Assembly (NCBI RefSeq): GCF_000018105.1
Contig: NC_009926.1
Span: forward strand, 180,001 to 212,000
Reading direction: 5' to 3'
DNA length: 32,000 bases
DNA from: Acaryochloris marina MBIC11017
Lineage (GTDB): Bacteria; Cyanobacteriota; Cyanobacteriia; Thermosynechococcales; Thermosynechococcaceae
Under the pieces are notes generated by a model. The model worked only from the letters and a program-made list of their open reading frames with translations, was not told where the DNA came from and searched no databases. How positions within the stretch are numbered: position 1 is the stretch's first letter; the number at the start of each line of letters is the position of its first letter. A program made the translations under genes and the position numbers. Below, piece after piece: positions 8,729-16,460 of the stretch.

Positions 8729-10462
8729 ATGAAAACGATAGAATTTCCACTTTATCTAGACTCCTCCCAGCAGGTAAAAGTTACTGATTGGATGGACATA
8801 CTCAAACATGTTTACAATCGCGGCATTGCTCTTCTTGAGTGGAGGCAGTTTTACAACCGACTACAAAAAGTGAGAGAGGTTGACCCAGAATACAATATCC
8901 CGGTTCAACTAAACGTCAACCGGTTAGGGGGAGAGTGGTCTATGTCCTGTGAATGCAGGATAAAGACTCGTCTCGACAAGAGCAAATCCTGGGACGAAGC
9001 GAATATCGAACATCGGCCTGCTTGTACTCTCGTCAAGCCCCACTGGCTCACTGTGCCTCTAATAGCTGGTTTTAGCCCTGTAGACTTGCGTAAGTCTTTT
9101 GCCCGCAAACGCTACAAAAACTTGGGGGATATACCCCAAGTCTACGTTAACGACTTTATTGGCCTAGTGGTCTTCAAAGCTTGGGCGAACTACTTAGACC
9201 AAACTCGACCTGAAATTAAACGACCTCGTTATAAAGGAAAGTATGCGCGTGTCAATACAATTCCGTGTGAATCCTTCCGTTCTCTAGTTAAAATCGATTT
9301 TGCGACTGATCATCTGCAACTTCCAGGGTTAGGTTGGATTAGTGTTCCTGCCCTTTCTACCCGATTGAAGAGTGTGATGGATAGACAGCGGTTACATATG
9401 GAGCAGCATCCTGACCATTACCCTGAACTAGCAAAGAAGCTGATTGAAAGGAATGCATTGTTAAGGGTGGCTCACTGGTTAGAACAAGGTGTGCCGATGC
9501 CCGAGGAAGTTTTTGGGGATATTAAAAAAGCTATAAAACACGCTGAACATGCTATCGAAAAAACTGGCAACGTCTCATTCGCAATTACAAAGTTACGAGA
9601 GTTGGCCATTAAGCGTGAGTTAAATCAGGCAATTAATGACCTATGCACTCCTGGGGTATTTAGGATTTGCCGGAAGGCGGATAAATTTTACCTACAAATC
9701 ACGGTGCGCTCAGTTGTCAATCAAGGCAATCCTAGACCAGAACCCATTGGTTTGGATATGGGATTGAATCTGCTATGTCACACAACCAATGGAGTGAAAG
9801 TCAAACATCCAGACTTATCGCAGTTGACCAACAAGATCAATCGTCTAAAGCAGAAGCAATCAAAGATGAAACTAGGCTCTCAGAACTGGCATCGAATCCA
9901 GAAGAAAATTAGCTTAGCTGAGCAAAGGAAAACAAGAGCAAAGAGGAGCAGACAGCACTATATTGCAGGTTGGTTAGTGGATGCCAATCAGAACATGGCG
10001 ATAAAAAAATTCAGTCATAAAGATGTTGTTGCTCGACCATTACCGCGACCAAGTAAGAAGACTGAGCAATATTTGAAGAATGGAAGAGAAGAACAGCGGA
10101 TCATTAATAATCAAGTCAGAGAAGCTGCTTTAGGCCAGTTTACTAGTTTTATCCAGTTAAAAGCTGCTGATAGAGAGAATCACGTGATAGAATTCATAGA
10201 GTGTGACTCTAGTGCCACACCAAATGAAATTTTGGAAACATCAAGTTTCCACTCCGGTGGTCCACAATCGGAGAAAGCCCAAAACCTACAACGGACACGG
10301 GAAGGTGGGAGGGTAACCACCACCACGCGAGAGGAAAGTGAAAGCAACTCCTCAACAACACGTAGATTGAAGCAAGCCCCCTTGCTTGTAAATCCAGCCC
10401 AAAGCCCCAAGCCTTTCAAGCGTTTACGGCGTATGCCACAAGCAGAACGCAAAGTTCTATAG
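8729..10462 (+). CDS. TnpB/Cas12-like protein, REC-expanded, apparently nuclease-dead (RuvC-I only)
   Basis: SD GAGAGAGG lies 5 nt upstream. TnpB-type N-terminus IEFPLYLDSSQQ...VYNRGIALL; WED strands RPRYKGKYARVNTIPC...LQLPGLGWISV; RuvC-I IGLDMGLN (Asp343). The RuvC-II position reads MAIKKF instead of I-x-x-E-[DN]-L. There is no CxxC zinc ribbon and no D-R-D. The last ~85 aa are a Ser/Thr/Arg/Pro-rich tail. This 1.7-kb ORF is uninterrupted, whereas the neighbouring IS genes are broken. Confidence 0.65.
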   Translation: MKTIEFPLYLDSSQQVKVTDWMDILKHVYNRGIALLEWRQFYNRLQKVREVDPEYNIPVQLNVNRLGGEWSMSCECRIKTRLDKSKSWDEANIEHRPACTLVKPHWLTVPLIAGFSPVDLRKSFARKRYKNLGDIPQVYVNDFIGLVVFKAWANYLDQTRPEIKRPRYKGKYARVNTIPCESFRSLVKIDFATDHLQLPGLGWISVPALSTRLKSVMDRQRLHMEQHPDHYPELAKKLIERNALLRVAHWLEQGVPMPEEVFGDIKKAIKHAEHAIEKTGNVSFAITKLRELAIKRELNQAINDLCTPGVFRICRKADKFYLQITVRSVVNQGNPRPEPIGLDMGLNLLCHTTNGVKVKHPDLSQLTNKINRLKQKQSKMKLGSQNWHRIQKKISLAEQRKTRAKRSRQHYIAGWLVDANQNMAIKKFSHKDVVARPLPRPSKKTEQYLKNGREEQRIINNQVREAALGQFTSFIQLKAADRENHVIEFIECDSSATPNEILETSSFHSGGPQSEKAQNLQRTREGGRVTTTTREESESNSSTTRRLKQAPLLVNPAQSPKPFKRLRRMPQAERKVL

Positions 10463-10528
10463 TTGCTTACTTCCTGATTTGTTCGTGGACAAGTCATTTC
10501 CAGTACCTGTGAAGACCAAATCACGTGA

Positions 10529-11254
10529 TTAGAGTGAGCTGGTGTTTCGCATCGGCTCTCCTTTGAGGGTGACTCAAATAGAATCAGGAACAATCCGGTC
10601 AAGAATAGCGTCATCTAGAGTCGGTTCATCAATCTTTTGATGCCATTGGGATTGGGTTGCAAACAAACAGGAGGCTCGTCGGTACCGCTCATCTAGGAAG
10701 TCGAGTATTTCTCTCGCATCATGGGTACTGAGAGGGTCTCTCAACCATTCATCCAAAACCACCAACTCAAAGGCTGCTAGTTGTTTGCGCAGTTTCAGGA
10801 ATGAGCAATCCACTTTGGCCATCTTGAGTTGACCAATCAACTCTGCCGTTTTGAAATAGCGCACTCTCACTCCCTGTCTACACAGGTGTTCTGAAAGGAC
10901 GCAACTGAGAAAGGTTTTACCCACGCCCGTCGGTCCGATGATCATCTTGAGATGCTTGGTCAACCATTGCCCTTGCGCCCATTGGAGAAAGTGAGCCTTC
11001 TGTAACCCCCGCTTGACCTGAAAATCGACATCATCCAGGGCTGCATTCGTAAACAACTGAGCCTGTTTGAGCCGCCGTGCATACGCTGATTTTGTCGCCT
11101 GAGATATTCACTCTCGACCAGGAGGGCCAAGCGTTCATCAAAAGAGAGATCTTGATAAGTGGGTTGGGCTTGTTGCTGTTGCCATACCTCCAGCAAGCCA
11201 TTGAGCAGGAGACTTTGGAGTTGTAGGGCAAGCGCTTTGGCGTAGAGCCTTCAT
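10529..11254 (-). pseudogene. istB: IS21-family IstB helper ATPase, multiply disrupted
   Basis: ...LSFDERLALLVESEYLRRQNQR, a frameshift (~11085), then ...LFTNAALDDVDFQVKRGL...IIGPTGVGKTFLS (Walker A)...LVVLDEW (Walker B)...AILDRIVPDSI-TGA(10574..10576)-VTLKGEPMRNTSSL-TAA. There is a further frame problem near the ATG at 11254. No istA is present upstream. Confidence 0.8.
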
Positions 11255-11436
11255 TTAAGGGCGATTCAATTGCAATATATAGGACTGAGTTGTTCTTTTC
11301 TCGATGAAAAGGACTTCACCATCTCTCGTTCAAGCAGCGTTCACTTATTGGCATGGATCAAAACCGGGTCACAGTGTCAGGAACGAGCAAGGTAATCTGA
11401 AAACTTGATGTCACTTCCCTTAATTGATCCTCACGT

Positions 11437-11772
11437 ATGATTTCAACTCCTGCAATTGCAGCCACTCTTCCGCCAAAGATCCGCAAAGATATCGGTATTT
11501 AGGCACTATCAAGATCCATTCCCATTGCTCGTATTACTAGAGAGAATCAAACCAGTCGCAAGTTCGTCTATGGGTAGAAAGCAATTGCCCCACAAGCGTT
11601 AGATGAATCCTTTCTCGCCGAAAAAGGAGATGACGAGGTACTGTTCTATCTGCCGATCACCAAAACTTGGATGTTCCAACTAATTCTGGCTTTGGTGTTG
11701 ATCTGCTATCCTTCCTATCGAGGGGTCGTGGAATCATTGCATGAATTATTTGATTGGTCCATCAGTATATGA
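11437..11772 (+). pseudogene. Transposase N-terminal fragment (family not assigned) with two in-frame TAG codons
   Basis: MISTPAIAATLPPKIRKDIGI-TAG(11500)-ALSRSIPIARITRENQTSRKFVYG-TAG(11575)-KAIAPQALDESFLAEKGDDEVLFYLPITKTWMFQLILALVLICYPSYRGVVESLHELFDWSISI. From memory it resembles the HTH plus leader region of cyanobacterial DDE transposases. No catalytic domain follows. Confidence 0.4.
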
Positions 11773-11777
11773 AGCGT

Positions 11778-11927
11778 CTATAATCTTCCGCAAGCTGTTG
11801 CATGCTTTTGTACATGAGTCCCTAACAACTGATCAATAATCTTAACGATGCCAATCTCATCGACTATACCTGCAATGATGCCGAGATGATTAATATTCTG
11901 AAAGCCGATCTCTTGAGTTGAAGACAT
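11778..11927 (-). pseudogene. IS1634-type (DUF4277) transposase, N-terminal ~40-aa fragment
   Basis: MSSTQEIGFQNINHLGIIAGIVDEIGIVKIIDQLLGTHVQK matches the DUF4277 signature (..DHLG..AG..DE.GI...ID..LG.H.Q), then reaches a stop after about 49 codons. Confidence 0.5.
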
Positions 11928-12228
11928 GACCTACCTCTGAGGGACAACCGCAAAAATATCCCCTCATGTCAATCACCTGCGGAATGTAGGCTAGATTTTG
12001 AATCGAAATGGCATACTGCATATCCAATCTAGGTTTCAAGGAAATCTTAAGTCGAACTAATCTACTAACCAAGTGAATATTTTGTGCATATACAAAATGG
12101 CAGTAAATCGCAGTTTCGTTTGTTTGGGGCCAACCTCTGTCTAAGCTTAACTGGCCCAATTGGCACCGAACTTTATTTTGAGGAACTCGAACAACAAATG
12201 CTGACAGATAACTTATACAAATAAATTG

Positions 12229-12993
12229 ATGTTCTCTCCTTCCCCCAAATTGAATCACTGGATTAAAGCTATTACGGTTAGGTCCAACGCGGGTTTGAGG
12301 CTATTTTGCTTTCACTATGCTGGTGGAAATGCTTTTGTCTTTCGAAATTGGGCCAATCAGGTACTAGACGGGGTGGATGTGTATGCCGTTGAACTCCCAG
12401 GTCATGGTACACGACTGGCAGAACCGCCTTGCAATCGCATGGAATGCCTAATCCAAGACCTGAAAGCGGCTCTAATGCCTTATCTAAAACCACCTTTCGC
12501 CTTTTTTGGTCACAGCATGGGGGCATTGATCAGTTACGAATTAGCCCAGGCTCTGAGGAAAGAAGATTTGTCCCCGCTGCATCTGTTTGTATCAGGCTAT
12601 CGCGCCCCTCACGTTCCCGATGATGAGCCTCCGATTCACACCTTACCGACAGCCGATTTTCTCAATGCCCTACGTTGCTATAATGGCACCCCAGAAGCCA
12701 TTCTGCAAAACTCTGAGCTAATGGAACTTTTGCTGCCCACCCTCCGAGCCGACTTTGCGCTGCTGGAAGCCTATCAGTATCGGTCTCGTCCACTCTTGGA
12801 CTGCCCAATTACAGCGTTTGGAGGTGCAGAAGACTGGAAAGCCTCCGCAGAAGAGATCAAAGCCTGGCGTAGCCATACCCAATCCAAATTTTTGTTCTAC
12901 CGATTTCCTGGCGATCATTTTTTCGTCCATTCAGCTCAATCCTCGCTGCTGCAGGTACTCAATGCAGCGTTGCAAGATTTAGTCGGAGTATGA
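12229..12993 (+). CDS. Type II thioesterase (PchC/YbtT-like editing TE)
   Basis: RLFCFHYAGGNAFVFRNW...VELPGHGTR...FFGHSMGALISYELA (GxSxG)...FPGDHFF (catalytic His region). 254 aa, counting from the ATG at 12229; the track starts 3 nt earlier at TTG. Confidence 0.9.
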   Translation: MFSPSPKLNHWIKAITVRSNAGLRLFCFHYAGGNAFVFRNWANQVLDGVDVYAVELPGHGTRLAEPPCNRMECLIQDLKAALMPYLKPPFAFFGHSMGALISYELAQALRKEDLSPLHLFVSGYRAPHVPDDEPPIHTLPTADFLNALRCYNGTPEAILQNSELMELLLPTLRADFALLEAYQYRSRPLLDCPITAFGGAEDWKASAEEIKAWRSHTQSKFLFYRFPGDHFFVHSAQSSLLQVLNAALQDLVGV

Positions 12994-13265
12994 CAATGCC
13001 TCAATCGAGAAAGTCTCGACCAGCAAGGGATTCATCAATAGAGGCCCCGTTATAACGAGTAACTCAGGGCTGTTTCAAGTTCCTAAGAGGAAACCTGAAA
13101 CTACTATTCTTGCGGGGTATTAACTTAAGCCGGGCAACCTTATCCCTCAAGGATCTTAAATTAGTGATTTCATAGCCTAAACTGCCGGATGTTCCAGCGT
13201 TTTTTAGCTTGCAGTCATCTCTCTAAGTGTCTCGGTTTATGCTGGTAGACCAATATTTTTCATTT

Positions 13266-13378
13266 GAGTCTCTTCATTGTGACCGCTCAATGGGGATCAC
13301 AATGAAGAGACTCTGCACTGAAAGTACAGAGGTTATTTATCGACTGAAAGTCCGATTCTTCTCAGGACTAAAGTCCTG
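13266..13378. repeat. Hairpin cluster at the 3' (right) end of IS200-type element copy 2
   Basis: A 17-bp perfect inverted repeat GAGTCTCTTCATTGTGA/TCACAATGAAGAGACTC (13266..13282 / 13297..13313). It is followed by three small hairpins with a common loop core: CTCTGCAC-TGAAA-GTACAGAG (13311..13331), TCGAC-TGAAA-GTCCGA (13340..13355) and CAGGAC-TAAA-GTCCTG (13363..13378). The cluster ends at the tnpA stop. Confidence 0.7.
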
Positions 13379-13757
13379 ATTCACTCCAGCATCAACGTAT
13401 CTACATCGTTATTGGACACGGGACGGTGATGCTCCAAATATTCTTCTACCATTTGCTCACTGATATTGCCCTTACTCCAGGCACCATAGCCTATCGACCA
13501 CAAATTTTTCTCCCAATATCGCTTCTCTAACTCTTGATACTCCTGCGGAAGACATCTTGATGTTCGTCCTTTCAAACGCTTCACTATGTCACCGATCGAT
13601 TTGATGAGGATATTCAATCAGCATGTGGACATGATCTTTACTGATCACGCCTTTTTGTATGCGGATATCCTCTGCATCGCATATCTGGATGAGCAACTCA
13701 CGGCATCAGTTTTGCACTTCACCTTTGGGCACCTGATAACGATACTTGGTAACCCAT

Positions 13758-14940
13758 CTGAGATGTTGCACCAAGGGTCCTGACTATGAGAAAAGGGCGT
13801 GCAGTTATATAGAAACAAGCATGCCAAAACACATCCTTGCCCACGCCCAAGGGCTAGTCTACACCTTGCTCCATCTGATGCCGAGCCCCTATCAGCAAGA
13901 GACCTTACAAGCCTTATTGGAGTTGTTTTTAGAAGCAACCGGTCAATCTTTACCCGCTCACAGCAAAGTGAAATCCGCCAGTGCCATCAGTCGATTTCTC
14001 AATCAGTATCAATGGCCCACTCGCCAAGTGATTCGTGCGGTACGTCAAGCAGCCATTGAACGACTATTGAAGGTCAGGATGCCAGGACGTCAGCCCTACT
14101 TACAAGTGATTCTAGACCTAACTACCCTAGAGAAAACAGGCAAGTTCAAAGCCATGCCGGGTTTGATACGGGTGTATCACGGCAAACGAGGACTGCATCT
14201 GGTCGTGATGTATCTAGTCGTGGGGAAATGGCGTATACCTTGGAACTTTAGGGTCTATCGAGGGAAAGACACGCCTTCTCCTGCTCAATTGGGACTACAG
14301 TTGCTTCGGCGATTACCCCATTCCTTAAAGGAGCGATTTCAGATATTGGTGCTAGCCGATACAGCCTTTGGCAGCATTGAATTTTTAGAAGGAACGAAAC
14401 ACCTGGAATATTCCACTATCGTTGGTGTTCGTAAAGACCGAAAACAGCAAGCGGGTGGACCCATTTCTCAACTATCTCATCGGGGACAGCAGGCGCGCTT
14501 GGTCGGTTTGAGTTTTCCGGTTTGGGTGTCTTGGTTTTGGCTGAAACGAGAGAATGGCAAACGAGAACTTCGGTATGTGCTTTCCACAAAGCCTTTGAAG
14601 GGTAGCACGATTACCAGATGGGGGAGACGACGATGGCAAATTGAAGGATGGTTCAAGACAGCCAAGCATCGGTTTAGCTTAGATCGGTTTGCCCAAGGGA
14701 CACTGACGGGAGTGTATCGATGGTTGGTATTGTCGATGATTGCCTATTTGTTAGCTCATTGGGCCTATCTCACCACTGCTAGGTCAAGGTTACCGGAATG
14801 GGGGCAAGCTGCTCGACTAGCGATGGAGTTATGGTTCCCCCATCTACTGGTGATGACGTTGATTGCGGATGTCGAACAACTCAGACCTCGCATGCAGCAA
14901 CTGGGGCTGGACCTCCATTTATCTTGGTGCAAGATATGAG
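13758..14940 (+). mobile_element. IS4/IS701-like insertion sequence, 1183 bp, 4-bp target-site duplication CCAT
   Basis: The uninterrupted copy-1 sequence GGTGACCCATACAACATG (2194..2211) shows the empty site. Here CCAT (13754..13757) and CCAT (14941..14944) flank the insert. Terminal inverted repeats are CTGAGATGTTGCACCAAG / CTCATATCTTGCACCAAG (15 of 18 identical). Confidence 0.85.
13821..14939 (+). CDS. IS4/IS701-like DDE transposase (intact)
   Basis: MPKHILAHAQGLVY...VILDLTTLEK (D)...LVLADTAFGS (D)...RWGRRRWQIEGWFKTAKH (the Y-x-x-R-x-x-x-E-x-x-x-K-type E block). The start was chosen at the first ATG, 13821. The stop lies 1 nt inside the right IR. Confidence 0.8.
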   Translation: MPKHILAHAQGLVYTLLHLMPSPYQQETLQALLELFLEATGQSLPAHSKVKSASAISRFLNQYQWPTRQVIRAVRQAAIERLLKVRMPGRQPYLQVILDLTTLEKTGKFKAMPGLIRVYHGKRGLHLVVMYLVVGKWRIPWNFRVYRGKDTPSPAQLGLQLLRRLPHSLKERFQILVLADTAFGSIEFLEGTKHLEYSTIVGVRKDRKQQAGGPISQLSHRGQQARLVGLSFPVWVSWFWLKRENGKRELRYVLSTKPLKGSTITRWGRRRWQIEGWFKTAKHRFSLDRFAQGTLTGVYRWLVLSMIAYLLAHWAYLTTARSRLPEWGQAARLAMELWFPHLLVMTLIADVEQLRPRMQQLGLDLHLSWCKI

Positions 14941-15316
14941 CCATACAACATGAACAGTTAAGCGGGTGACGGTATGATTCCCACGAAGATTCTCGACCAT
15001 AGACTTCTGGATGCTGCTGCTCTATCCTGCATAAGAGCTGTATAGCAATTAAAGTCTCGCACTGAAAGTGCGTAGTTTCGGACTAGCGTGTTTAGGATAA
15101 TGAAGAGACTCTTTCTTAGACTCCTGGAATTATCAAACTCTGCAAGTCCTCTGGCTTTGCCAGAGATTTACCAGGAATTAATTAGGTTGATTGGGTAGTA
15201 ACCTTTTCAGCCTCAAAATACTTCCTATTCAAACAGATCGGTTGGTTATTGTAATAAGTCTAGTGTATAACTTAACTTAATAAGAATGACTTGCAATTAA
15301 CTGGAGTGCATTTGCA

Positions 15317-16396
15317 ATGACAGTGAGCATTTCTTCGCCCTGTGACACGTATACGCTGACTTCAGCAGAATTGATTGAGTTACTTCAACAGGCTCAAAAA
15401 GAGGGTGAATCAATCTTCTGGGAAACAGAGCTGCATGAGCAATTCAATCTTCCTAAAGTATTGGGAGATGGGGGTGATCGCGTCATTAAGCTACGAGGTG
15501 GGTTAACTCTTCATATTCGTAATGCAACTCTGCACCAAAATCTTCGAATGGTGCAGCAGCACACCTCCCAGTTTCCCTTAACAGCAAAGTTTTATCTATC
15601 GGGATCTTCTAGGGTTCAAACCCGCGGTTTTTCAGGCATTCAAGCTGAATATGAAGAACGAGCCAATAGTCACTATCTCTACTACCTGCCGGATATGATC
15701 GAAGTCGAAGAATGGCAGGCCAAAGAGCCTACGCAAATCGTCATGGTTTATGCAGAAACGGACTATTTTCATGCATTTCAGTGGGCGGATAGTACTCTAC
15801 CAGAACCATTACAGTTTCTCAAACAAGCGAGCTTGAAACCAGTTGCCGATCTACGATTTCACCAAAACCTTGGCAATGTTACCCCAGCTATGTATCAGGT
15901 GCTCCAGCAAATTCTTCACTGTCCGTATCATGGCGTGATAGAGCAGCTTTATCTTGAAAGCAAAGCGTTAGAACTTTTGACCCTACAGTTTGCCCATTGG
16001 CAAGCGAATGGAGTCATTTCTGAGCAAAAGCTGACTAAAAAGGTGCTACTGCGCTCAGAAGATTTAGGGCGACTTCATCATGCCAAAGAAATTCTAATTG
16101 AACGGTTAGTTGAGCCTCCATCACTTGTAAAATTGGCTCGCGAGGTGGGGCTGAACGATCGCAAGCTCAAACAGGGTTTTCGTCAACTGTTTGGGACAAC
16201 TGTCTTTGGGTACTTGCAAGACTACCGGATGCAGCAGGCTAAGCAGTTACTCCATGACTCAGACTTATCGATCGCTTGGGTTGCCAAAACTGTAGGCTAC
16301 AAAAATCCAGAGGCTTTCAGTACGGCCTTCCGACGAAAATTTGACATCAGCCCCAAAGGATATCAGTTAAGCCAACGAAATTATATGCACGGTTGA
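15317..16396 (+). CDS. AraC/XylS-family transcriptional regulator, PchR/YbtA-like
   Basis: C-terminal double HTH: LVKLAREVGLNDRKLKQGFRQLFGTTVFGYLQDYRMQQAKQLL...IAWVAKTVGYKNPEAFSTAFRRKFDISPKGY. The N-terminal ~200 aa are paralogous to the partial gene at 1..505. Confidence 0.9.
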   Translation: MTVSISSPCDTYTLTSAELIELLQQAQKEGESIFWETELHEQFNLPKVLGDGGDRVIKLRGGLTLHIRNATLHQNLRMVQQHTSQFPLTAKFYLSGSSRVQTRGFSGIQAEYEERANSHYLYYLPDMIEVEEWQAKEPTQIVMVYAETDYFHAFQWADSTLPEPLQFLKQASLKPVADLRFHQNLGNVTPAMYQVLQQILHCPYHGVIEQLYLESKALELLTLQFAHWQANGVISEQKLTKKVLLRSEDLGRLHHAKEILIERLVEPPSLVKLAREVGLNDRKLKQGFRQLFGTTVFGYLQDYRMQQAKQLLHDSDLSIAWVAKTVGYKNPEAFSTAFRRKFDISPKGYQLSQRNYMHG

Positions 16397-16421
16397 AGGT
16401 GTAAGCTCGGTGTCTTCGCAG

Positions 16422-16460
16422 AAAGTCCGGTTGGCAAAGGAAAAAGTCCGGCTTGCAAAG
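16422..16460 (+). promoter_or_regulatory. Two 18-nt direct repeats with 21-nt phasing (candidate AraC/PchR-type operator)
   Basis: AAAGTCCGGTTGGCAAAG (16422..16439) and AAAGTCCGGCTTGCAAAG (16443..16460), 16 of 18 identical. A third half-site TTGCAAAG lies at 16488..16495. They sit between the araC stop and the assembly-line operon. Confidence 0.35.

Larger units (their letters stand above)
13381..15000 (-). pseudogene. tnpA: IS200-type Y1 transposase (tnpA) copy 2, interrupted by an IS and carrying an in-frame TGA plus a frameshift
   Basis: The N-terminal exon-like part (15000..14945) and 13757..13586 are near-identical to copy 1, including the TGA (13706..13708). The C-terminal part SIGDIVKRLKGRTSRCLPQEYQELEKRYWEKNLWSIGYGAWSKGNISEQMVEEYLEHH lies in another frame (track ORF 13381..13617). 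Left-end hairpin at 15058..15072. Confidence 0.8.

Noticed and set aside
10180-10614. Track ORF (144 aa, - strand) spanning the TnpB-like tail and the istB end
   Set aside because: It is antisense to the 577-aa ORF and out of frame with the istB remnant. Its apparent length is a by-product of the purine-rich sequence.
12077-12098. AT-rich dyad ATTTTGT-N6-ACAAAAT about 130 nt upstream of the thioesterase gene
   Set aside because: It has only 7-bp arms in very AT-rich DNA, no second copy in the window, and is not similar to the Fur-like 15-mer. The support is too weak to call an operator.
11890-12258. Track ORF (122 aa, - strand)
   Set aside because: It has no motifs, overlaps the IS1634-type fragment out of frame and overlaps the thioesterase start.
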